Made by a program: the position numbers and the translations under genes. The notes beneath the pieces are model-generated. The model was not told where the DNA came from, ran no database searches, and was given only the letters and a program-made list of their open reading frames with translations. A stretch of DNA of 64,000 nucleotides from Bacilli bacterium (lineage in GTDB: Bacteria > Bacillota_I > Bacilli_A > RF39 > UBA660): positions 1,409 to 65,408 of the forward strand of contig JAFXHG010000027.1 of assembly GCA_017536505.1 (NCBI GenBank), in the 5' to 3' direction. Positions 17,113 through 25,290 of the stretch are shown here, in pieces (the first letter of the stretch is position 1; every line of letters starts with the position of its first letter).

Positions 17113-18552
17113 TTACATTCCAATTTCAAAATCATCAGATTTATCTTTTTCTTTATCGTATTTTCTATTGATGTCATATGCATAACTTTCCATTTCATAG
17201 TAATTAATATCATCATCTTTATCATAATGAAGTCCAATCTTATGAGCCAATGCTCTGCAAATTTTATTGCAGAAGTTATACATTTTTTCTTTGAATTTAT
17301 CAAATTTTGCTTGTAAATTTTCTATTTGATTATTCAATATATCAATAACATCATTTAATCTATTTATTTCCTGTTTTTGTTCCTTAATAGTAGATTTTTG
17401 TTCTTTAATAAGCTCATTTCTTTTTATGAGTTCCTTATTGTTTCTAAAAGTATTATTTTCTTTTAATAATTTGTTTATTTCAATATCTTTATTTTTATTA
17501 TCTGTGTTTAAAACAACAACTTGTTTTTTTAAGTCTTTGGTATAATCAATAATCTTATTTACATCTTCTTCTTTATATCCTCCAAGTTTTCTTTTAGTGG
17601 GATTTAGTAGAGTATCTTTATCATTAGATTTATTAGCTGTTTCAAGCCCATTTTTAGAGTTTTCTATTACTCTTAATACATTTTCTTTTTCTTGCTTTAA
17701 TTCTTCTAATTCGGCATTTAATTCTTTAATTTGCCACTCAGTTTTAGTTTGATTTTCTACTTTACTTCCAATATCTCCACGATATAAATTAAAACCTCGT
17801 TTTGTTATAAAATCATTAAACTCATCTTGTAATTTACCAAAAGAATATTGACCACCTCGTTGTTTCCAAAACTCATCACAATTTAGAAATTTTTCTTTAA
17901 CTTCTGAATATATAATTTTACCATTTTCATCTCGAAGTAGTTTAGGTGTATAATTTATATTTCCATTAGCATTTACATGTTTTTCTTTAACAACATTACC
18001 ATCTTTGTCTTTTACATATTGTTTTCTTTTTACAGTATCAACAATAGGTAGAAAATATACTTGAAGATGAGGTGTATCTTCATCATAATGAATTTGTGCT
18101 AAAAGGATATTTTCTTCACCAACATAATCTTTTAGAAAGTCCATACAAGAATCAAAATAATATGATACAGTTTTAGGTATATCTTCTTTAGATTTGATCT
18201 CTGGTATTTTTACAATTTGACCTTTCTTTTTACCTTCATGATAAGTTCTACCACTATCTACAAATTTCATTCCAAGTGTTTCAAAAAATTCAGGTCCACT
18301 TGAGAATGTTATTCCATTAAACATATTGGTAGAGGGTTTATCATTAAATTCAATATTCCTATTTTTTAGCGTTTGTTTTATTTCTTGATATAAATTTTTT
18401 TCATTAAGTGAAACATATTCAACATTAAATTGTGTTCTTTCTTTATCATAATTTCCTGTTCCTTTTCTTTCACTCATTTCAACTCCAATATTATAAGCAT
18501 CATGTTTTTTATATTTACTTACTACTCGAACAACTTGATTTCCGTCATACAT
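17113..18552 (-). CDS. MobV (Mob/Pre) family relaxase
   Basis: IHYDEDTPHLQVYFLPIV matches the HxDExxPHxH-type motif III. The C-terminal coiled coil is typical of Pre/Mob proteins. Confidence 0.8.
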   Translation of the reverse strand: MYDGNQVVRVVSKYKKHDAYNIGVEMSERKGTGNYDKERTQFNVEYVSLNEKNLYQEIKQTLKNRNIEFNDKPSTNMFNGITFSSGPEFFETLGMKFVDSGRTYHEGKKKGQIVKIPEIKSKEDIPKTVSYYFDSCMDFLKDYVGEENILLAQIHYDEDTPHLQVYFLPIVDTVKRKQYVKDKDGNVVKEKHVNANGNINYTPKLLRDENGKIIYSEVKEKFLNCDEFWKQRGGQYSFGKLQDEFNDFITKRGFNLYRGDIGSKVENQTKTEWQIKELNAELEELKQEKENVLRVIENSKNGLETANKSNDKDTLLNPTKRKLGGYKEEDVNKIIDYTKDLKKQVVVLNTDNKNKDIEINKLLKENNTFRNNKELIKRNELIKEQKSTIKEQKQEINRLNDVIDILNNQIENLQAKFDKFKEKMYNFCNKICRALAHKIGLHYDKDDDINYYEMESYAYDINRKYDKEKDKSDDFEIGM

Positions 18553-18900
18553 TTTTTGCCTCCTTTCGTTATTGCATCTTTGTAAAAGAGGTCTTTTAGA
18601 CCTATCTCACTAGGGCATAGCCCAATCGTGAGTTTAGGTGATTCCCCTAAAGACCCCTTATGCTTGTTCTTCACAAATGCCTAAACTAATCGTAAAGGCA
18701 AATGCTACAAACAAGATCAAATAATAACTATCTACTAGATACTTATTATTTAATTAATTATTAAAAGTAGATAAACTACATTTAATAATTGTAAAAATAT
18801 TCGTTATCGCCACTTTCATTGCTAAAGCAACAAAACGTGCCACACTCATTTTTTACTTATATAACTTTTTGAAAAAAGTTAACAAAAACTTTTATGAAAA
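18553..18900 (-). promoter_or_regulatory. candidate oriT / structured leader upstream of the relaxase gene
   Basis: Locally G+C-richer stretch with several inverted repeats: AGGTC-TTTTA-GACCT, CTCAC..GGGC-ATA-GCCC..GTGAG and TTTAGG-N7-CCTAAA. It lies where MobV oriT sites normally sit. Confidence 0.35.
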
Positions 18901-19854
18901 TTATTCATTTTCAAATATTGGTTCTTCATACAATGCATGTTTTCTTCTTTTATCAGATTTTCTAGCATCAGTAATATAAAGTCCTTCTTTTTCAAGTACA
19001 TCTAAATTACTATACAATAATTTACCGAATACTGATGGTTTTATCATTAAACCTAGAGCACTTACAACTTCACTTGAAGTAAAGTCAAACTCTTTTTTTC
19101 TAATTGAGTAATTTAAAAATAACTTTAATTCTGATGGTAAATCTTCTTTTTCTAGTTCTGATATTTCATAAATTAAATTATCATTTCTTTTTAAAACTAA
19201 TTCCATCTCTGGATAATCTCTGCTGTCGTATTTTAAGAACAATTTATTTGGATAATTATTATCTTTTTTTAGAGTAATTATTCCATCAACAGCACCATCT
19301 ATAGCAGTACTTCCTAATGAAGTATTATTCTTATTTAAATGATGAATTAATAATATTGTAAATCCATATTTCTGACATAACTCTCTATATTTAGGAAATA
19401 CATATTGATTTATATCTTGATAATTATTTAAATCATATCCATTATTAACATCAACACCTGTAAACATATCAACTATAATAAACTTACCATTATGGTTAAG
19501 AGCAAAGTCTTGAAAAACTAATTGTAAGTCCATGTGATTAAGTTTTCTATCTTTTGATGCTTGATCTTCTATGAAAAAATTATCATCAGTAAAGTTTAAA
19601 TTCATCTTTTCAATTCGCTCACATATTTGCATTGAACTCATTTCTGTGCTAATATATAAGACAGGAGATGGATTTGTTTTAAATCCTAGAAATATTGTTC
19701 CGTTTGCGATTGAGTGAGCAAGTTGTAGTCCGAATAATGACTTGCCGACTTTAGGTCTTGCAACTAAACAATATATCCCACTAGATTTCATAAAGCTATC
19801 AACTATGAAATCTTTTTTTGTGTAATTTTTTTTAACTTCACTTATCGTTAGCAT
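18901..19854 (-). CDS. RecA-fold AAA ATPase (AAA_25 / RepA-DnaB-like; TnpY-analogue)
   Basis: Walker A ARPKVGKS and Walker B-like FIIVDMF. ATG 19854 follows AGGAGG. The track start 19875 is less likely. Confidence 0.65.
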   Translation of the reverse strand: MLTISEVKKNYTKKDFIVDSFMKSSGIYCLVARPKVGKSLFGLQLAHSIANGTIFLGFKTNPSPVLYISTEMSSMQICERIEKMNLNFTDDNFFIEDQASKDRKLNHMDLQLVFQDFALNHNGKFIIVDMFTGVDVNNGYDLNNYQDINQYVFPKYRELCQKYGFTILLIHHLNKNNTSLGSTAIDGAVDGIITLKKDNNYPNKLFLKYDSRDYPEMELVLKRNDNLIYEISELEKEDLPSELKLFLNYSIRKKEFDFTSSEVVSALGLMIKPSVFGKLLYSNLDVLEKEGLYITDARKSDKRRKHALYEEPIFENE

Positions 19855-19855
19855 T

Positions 19856-20086
19856 TTATTCCTCCTTTCTATCAAGTTTTTTTAAATAATCTATATCAAT
19901 ATTTAGATATTTAACAACTTCATTCATAGGAAGTAATTTATTAGGAATAGAGTTATTATTTAAGTTATTTTTAATATCTCGTTTTAATTTTAATAAATTA
20001 TTTTTTCCTAAACCTGTTAATTTTTTTAAATCTTCAAGAGAACACCATTGTTTTGAAATTACTTTTAATATTTCGTTTGGATTCAT
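19856..20086 (-). CDS. small HTH DNA-binding protein (possible excision factor or regulator)
   Basis: 76 aa. WCSLEDLKKLTGLGKNNLLKLK is HTH-like. It lies immediately upstream of the ATPase gene. Confidence 0.35.
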   Translation of the reverse strand: MNPNEILKVISKQWCSLEDLKKLTGLGKNNLLKLKRDIKNNLNNNSIPNKLLPMNEVVKYLNIDIDYLKKLDRKEE

Positions 20087-20357
20087 TTATTACCTCGCTT
20101 TCTTAATAGATATTTATAGATACTTGTTAAGCAATCTATCTATGGATGGTTTTAGTAATACCAACAACTCTCGTGCCAATAGAGATATCTAGCCTTGCAT
20201 TTTTTTACTTTATGGCATATCGGCGATTTCCACAAAGACTAAATTTTCAAAGAACAATTTTTCGTTGCACTTGTTTTTATCTCTGGTGCAACTTAACACC
20301 ATTATAGCATATCAAAAATGTATGTCAAGCATTTTAGCACCAATTTCTTTAAAAATG

Positions 20358-20386
20358 TTGCAATTTTGCTCCATTAGTGTTATAAT
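20358..20386 (+). promoter_or_regulatory. promoter of the XRE regulator gene
   Basis: TTGCAA (20358-20363), a 17-nt spacer ending in TGT, then TATAAT (20381-20386). Confidence 0.55.
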
Positions 20387-20409
20387 CGTTTGTGAAAGGA
20401 GTAATTCGT

Positions 20410-20925
20410 ATGACAACAAAGGTTGGAGAACTAATAAAAAAAGGTCGTGAAGAAAAAAATCTTTCTATGAGACAATTAGCTGAACTTGCAAAAGTAAGTC
20501 ATTCAGATATATCAAGAATTGAATCAGGAGAAAGAGAGGTTCCTAATCCTAAAATATTAAGAAAAATAAGTCAACATATAGGAATAAATTATAATGATTT
20601 AATGTATGCTGCAGGTTTAGGTTTTCAAGTCACAGATTTAAATCCATTTTTAAAAAGTTATTATAAAAGTCTTAAAGGAGAAGAATTAGAAGATGCTCTT
20701 GCTAATACTTCGGGAAGTATTATTACTTGGAAAAAATTAGTAGAATCATTTACTGAAAAACTTAAAGATGAAAGTTTATCTCCACAAGAAAGAGAAATAA
20801 TGGAGCAAACAATAGAAGATACAGAATATCAAATTAAAACAGCAGAAGAAATTGAAAGGTTATTAGTAAATATGAATTCTAAAGATTATAGAGAAAGGAA
20901 GAAAAACAAGAATGAAGAAGATTAG
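20410..20925 (+). CDS. XRE-family HTH regulator with C-terminal helical domain
   Basis: LSMRQLAELAKVSHSDISRIESGER is a classic HTH_3 motif. ATG 20410 follows AAAGGAG. Confidence 0.8.
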   Translation: MTTKVGELIKKGREEKNLSMRQLAELAKVSHSDISRIESGEREVPNPKILRKISQHIGINYNDLMYAAGLGFQVTDLNPFLKSYYKSLKGEELEDALANTSGSIITWKKLVESFTEKLKDESLSPQEREIMEQTIEDTEYQIKTAEEIERLLVNMNSKDYRERKKNKNEED

Positions 20926-21400
20926 AGATAGCATAATATACAAAATTATTCATGCAGATGATGAAAAAATTAATGCAATAACAATAGTTGTAGATGTTTT
21001 AATGGTAATTATATTTGCTTTAACATTAATTTTAAGAACAAATTTTATGTTTGGATTATATTGGATATCTATAATATTATTCTTAATAGTTGACTTAGTA
21101 TCAATTATACATTGGGATGTAGATGGATTAAAATCTGAAAAAAGTGAAAGTGATAAAATCATAAGAGGATTTAGAGATGCAACTGCAGTAACAATCATAT
21201 TAAGTGCTCTTGGATTTCTAGCTGTTATTTTTTTAAGAGAAATAAATGAAAATATAACTCAAAATCTTTATGTAATTATTGCATTATTCTGTTTATTAGC
21301 AATTACACAATTATTTAATAGATTAATGATACATTCTAATATTAAAAGTTCCGCAAAACATGCAAAAGAATTTTATATAAAAAATAACAAAGAAAAATAA
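20912..21400 (+). CDS. membrane protein (4 TM), overlaps the XRE gene by 14 nt
   Basis: Hydrophobic segments. No recognisable family. Confidence 0.45.
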   Translation: MKKIRDSIIYKIIHADDEKINAITIVVDVLMVIIFALTLILRTNFMFGLYWISIILFLIVDLVSIIHWDVDGLKSEKSESDKIIRGFRDATAVTIILSALGFLAVIFLREINENITQNLYVIIALFCLLAITQLFNRLMIHSNIKSSAKHAKEFYIKNNKEK

Positions 21401-21462
21401 AAAATGACAGAATGACAGATAAAAGTGGGTACCCACAAACTCCTGTCATTCCGTCATAAGAA

Positions 21463-21497
21463 AATAGTATGATCTAAATTTTCATACTATTTTTTTG
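21463..21497. terminator. bidirectional terminator
   Basis: AATAGTATGA-N9-TCATACTATT perfect 10-bp stem, with an A-run before and a T-run after. Confidence 0.6.
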
Positions 21498-21936
21498 TTT
21501 TACCACATAATTCATTTATAGAGATTTTAAATTCTTTAGCAAATTCATATAAGTTTTCAGTAGATATATAAACTCTGTCTTTCTCATATTTAACTATACA
21601 ACTTTGAGTTACTTTAAGAATATCTGCTATATTCTCTTGTGAAAGATTATTTTTCTTTCTAATTTCTTTCATATTGTTTGCTAGTATTTGTAAGTCCAAT
21701 CCTTTAATTAAATTCTTGCTATTTCTGTTATTTGTTAAGCCTAAAGCATAATCTAAAGTAATATTAAAATAATCTGCAAAATCACATAAAGGTTTTAAAG
21801 GAATAACACTTATACCTAGTTCCCACATTGAATAAGTAGAACGTGGAACACCTAATATTTTAGACATTGTTTCTTGATTTATATCATTATCTTCTCTAAT
21901 ATCTTTTAATCTTTGAAAATCTATCATAGCTACCAC
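21487..21936 (-). CDS. tandem-HTH XRE-family regulator
   Basis: Two HTH_3 units: QETMSKILGVPRSTYSMWELG and QENIADILKVTQSCIVKYEKD. Confidence 0.8.
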   Translation of the reverse strand: MVAMIDFQRLKDIREDNDINQETMSKILGVPRSTYSMWELGISVIPLKPLCDFADYFNITLDYALGLTNNRNSKNLIKGLDLQILANNMKEIRKKNNLSQENIADILKVTQSCIVKYEKDRVYISTENLYEFAKEFKISINELCGKTKK

Positions 21937-22058
21937 CTATAATAATTTTCCCATTTAAAATAAAAATATTGATATTCCGCTTATTTCAAGACTATTTTTT
22001 GCTGATTTGGTTATAATTTAATTGTAGTAAAAATAAAACTATTGAAAGGAAAATTTAA

Positions 22059-22460
22059 ATGCAAAGAGATTACTTGAAGAAAGACACAATACAAATAAGC
22101 CGAATGAAGAAACACTCGCTATTGTGGATTTATAGTTGCAGTGGTGAAATATATAAATTATTAAGTTTAGAAGTATTACATAAACTTGTTAAAAAAATAA
22201 AAAAAGGTACTATAAAATTAAATTCTAAATTACTTTATGAAAAAAATGAAATTACTTTAGAAGAAAATTTTGTATCTATATTAGATAAGTATATTGGTTA
22301 TGTTAGGGAGACTTATACAATAAATCACAATGAGCTTCTAATTATATTAGAACAAACTTTAAAAAATAACTATAATAAAGTACTATTTGTTGTTACTGAT
22401 TTTCATGAATGTCCAGAAATATTTTTAAATGGTTTTAAGAAAATGTTTTTAGCAAATTAA
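22059..22460 (+). CDS. hypothetical protein; frame stays open for 99 more codons after a single in-frame TAA
   Basis: The TAA at 22458-22460 is followed by an uninterrupted same-frame reading to the TAA at 22758-22760. Confidence 0.4.
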   Translation: MQRDYLKKDTIQISRMKKHSLLWIYSCSGEIYKLLSLEVLHKLVKKIKKGTIKLNSKLLYEKNEITLEENFVSILDKYIGYVRETYTINHNELLIILEQTLKNNYNKVLFVVTDFHECPEIFLNGFKKMFLAN

Positions 22461-22802
22461 GTTTATAATACTCGCTATTATGCTAAACAAGACACAAATA
22501 ATATTCATTATTCATTACAAAAAGCAAATTTATTTTTAGAATCAAAAAGTTTAAGCAATTCTAAAGATATTATAGAAATAGAAAAATTTTATATTAAGGT
22601 AATAAGTAATCGCAAAAGTAATTTATATAATATATTTTTGCCTCATAGTGAAATTGAAAAAAAACAGTTGTCTTTTTATTTTCATCAAGTAGATTGGATC
22701 TATGCTGATTATTATAAAAAAAATGATTCTATTTTTAAAGGTAGAAATAGTTATTTATAAAAATATATGATAAAATATTATTGTGCAGATTTATTGGTGG
22801 TG

Positions 22803-23240
22803 ATGTATGTGAAAGAATTATATCAAAAATATAAGGAAATTATTAATTATTTAATCTTTGGGGGGTTAACTACATTAATTAGTTTAATTGTTTATTATAT
22901 GTTGAGTTTGACTATATTAAATCCTAATGTTAGTGTAGAGTTACAGATAGCAAATCTTTTTTCATGGATAGCTGGAGTTTTATTTGCGTATTTTACAAAT
23001 AGAGCATTTGTATTTAATAGTAAAAATGAAAATAAATTTAAAGAATTTATTACTTTTACTGGTGCAAGAGTATCAACACTTTTACTTGATATGGTAATAA
23101 TGTTTTTGTTTGTAACTATGTTAAAAGGTAATGATAAAATATTTAAACTGGTAAGTCAGATATTAGTAATTGTAGGAAACTATTTATTAAGTAAATTAAT
23201 AGTTTTTAAGAAGGATAGTTATGAAAAATCTAGTAAATAA
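22803..23240 (+). CDS. GtrA-family membrane protein (lipid-linked sugar flippase candidate)
   Basis: YLIFGGLTTLISLIVYY...FSWIAGVLFAYFTNRAFVF is the GtrA signature. It has 4 TM segments. ATG 22803 is preferred over the track start. Confidence 0.75.
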   Translation: MYVKELYQKYKEIINYLIFGGLTTLISLIVYYMLSLTILNPNVSVELQIANLFSWIAGVLFAYFTNRAFVFNSKNENKFKEFITFTGARVSTLLLDMVIMFLFVTMLKGNDKIFKLVSQILVIVGNYLLSKLIVFKKDSYEKSSK

Positions 23241-25290
23241 AATGTTTAATTTTGTTAATAAATTCTTGTTAATTTTTACCATAATATGTTTTTCTATTTC
23301 TTTAATAGGAGCGATATTTTTCTATACTAATCGTAGTTATGATTATTTAAATCCATTAGTATTAATTGTTGGTTCAATTGTATATTTATTTTTATTAATT
23401 AAATTATATAAGGTTATTATCAAACTTGATGATAAGAAAAAGAAAATAATAGTAGGTATTTTATTAGGATTGCAATTTATCTTATTACTTATAAGTACTT
23501 TTGTAATTAGTAGTATTCCTCAAGTTGATTTAATACATATTTTAACCGAAATAAATAGTTTAAATGATACAGGTTCGATATTAAATAATGTTTACTATTC
23601 TGTTTATCCTAATAATAGATTTTTATTAATTATTTTATATGGGTTACAAAAGATTATTCCTATTAGCAATCAAATTTTATTTTCTTTACTAAGTACAATA
23701 TGTATTTCTGTTATGTCAATATTTACTTATAAAACTGTTAATAAAGTTTGGGATCTCAATAAAGGCTTATTAAGTTTATTTATATGTGTATTATCTCCAA
23801 TCTTTTATTTATATGTATCATATTACTATACAGATGTATTAATGTTACCATTTGCCAGTATTTTAATTTATTTAATAGTTAAAACAAAAGACGAAAAAAA
23901 TTTAAAATCTAACGTTCTATATGGCTTATTGACCGGTATCATTGCAATAATTGGTTATAAGATAAGGGCTGTTGCAATATTTATACTAGTAGCGTATTTT
24001 GTATATTTAATATTTACTAAAAAGATATTAATAGTGTTAAAGAAGTTTGCACCAATAATAATTGGGGCAATATTAACAATAACTTGTATTGGCACTATTG
24101 ATAATAATTTTTTCACAAATGTTAATGTTGATAAAGAATTTCCAATGACACATTGGATTATGATGGGAGTTAATGAAAAAAGTTATGGATATTATTCCCA
24201 AGATGATTATAACCTAAGTAGTAGTGCCTTAAACGTTTCAGAAAGAACAGATTTAAATATTAAAGAAATAAAAAACAGATTGAGTGATTTAGGTCCATTT
24301 GGAACAGTGAAATTATTAGTAGTTAAATTAGTTTCTGTTTGGGGTAAAGGAGATTATAGTTATCAAAAATATTTAGAATTAGTTAATGACTTTAATCCGT
24401 CTTATTCTTATTTATTAGAAGATAAAAATATTGTTATAAATTATTTATTACAGTTCTCTAAAATAGTAGTTATGTTTATGGCAATAATATCTCTTATTAA
24501 TATTTATAAAAGTGGTAAGAAATCAATTATAGCAATTAGCTTGTTTGGAGCAGTATTTTTCTATCTTGTTTGGGAAGTATGTCCACGATATGGTTTATCA
24601 TTCTTACCGTGGTTAATACTAATAGGTACATGTTCTTATGATACTTTATATACCAATTATGATAAATTCAAATTTTATAAATATTTTAAATGTATTATAC
24701 TAGTCTTAACTTTAGCATTATTTGCTTTTAGTTTTAATAAATATACAGGTATTAGTTATAAAGAAAATATAGTAGCAAAAGACAGTGTAACCAAGGTTAA
24801 GTATACTTCTTTAAATAAAGAAACGGTTATCACCCAAACATTAGATTTATATGATATTTTTAATAAAATAAGATTAAAATTTAAAGTTAATGAAATAGAG
24901 GATGCAACTTATAAGTTGGAGTTAATAACTAAAAATGAAGTTGTGTATGAAAAAGACTTTAAAAAAAATGATTTGAAAGATAAAAAATATACAGATTTTT
25001 ATTTAGATAAAACTTATGAAGGTGGTAGTTATACTGTAAGATTAAGTTCGGATAGTGCAAGTGATTTAGAAGTTTATATCGCATATAAAGAAAAATTTGA
25101 TTATTATCCGAATGGTATTTTAGAAGTGAATGGAAAAGAAGAAGCTGGCGATTTGATGTTTGAAGTAGTAAATAATGAAGAAAGAGGAATTTATACTTAT
25201 CTAGAATATATGACAATAATGATATTAACATTAGGCATAGAAGTTATAGTGTTATTTAGAAAGAAGGAAGAAGTAAATGAAGAAAAATAA
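23221..25290 (+). CDS. polytopic membrane protein, putative GT-C fold glycosyltransferase (GtrC / YfhO / GT39 analogue) with about 190-aa extracytoplasmic C-terminal domain
   Basis: At least 11 hydrophobic segments followed by a soluble tail and one last TM. It sits between the GtrA and GtrB genes and overlaps both. Confidence 0.5.
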   Translation: MKNLVNKMFNFVNKFLLIFTIICFSISLIGAIFFYTNRSYDYLNPLVLIVGSIVYLFLLIKLYKVIIKLDDKKKKIIVGILLGLQFILLLISTFVISSIPQVDLIHILTEINSLNDTGSILNNVYYSVYPNNRFLLIILYGLQKIIPISNQILFSLLSTICISVMSIFTYKTVNKVWDLNKGLLSLFICVLSPIFYLYVSYYYTDVLMLPFASILIYLIVKTKDEKNLKSNVLYGLLTGIIAIIGYKIRAVAIFILVAYFVYLIFTKKILIVLKKFAPIIIGAILTITCIGTIDNNFFTNVNVDKEFPMTHWIMMGVNEKSYGYYSQDDYNLSSSALNVSERTDLNIKEIKNRLSDLGPFGTVKLLVVKLVSVWGKGDYSYQKYLELVNDFNPSYSYLLEDKNIVINYLLQFSKIVVMFMAIISLINIYKSGKKSIIAISLFGAVFFYLVWEVCPRYGLSFLPWLILIGTCSYDTLYTNYDKFKFYKYFKCIILVLTLALFAFSFNKYTGISYKENIVAKDSVTKVKYTSLNKETVITQTLDLYDIFNKIRLKFKVNEIEDATYKLELITKNEVVYEKDFKKNDLKDKKYTDFYLDKTYEGGSYTVRLSSDSASDLEVYIAYKEKFDYYPNGILEVNGKEEAGDLMFEVVNNEERGIYTYLEYMTIMILTLGIEVIVLFRKKEEVNEEK

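Noticed and set aside
17109-17303. 64-aa ORF overlapping the 3' end of the relaxase gene on the same strand
   Set aside because: It is an alternative frame of the mob coding sequence, with no RBS and no recognisable features.
20265-20450. 61-aa ORF spanning the element's divergent promoter region
   Set aside because: It covers the inverted repeats, promoter and RBS of the XRE gene and runs into that gene out of frame. A regulatory-DNA reading is more plausible.
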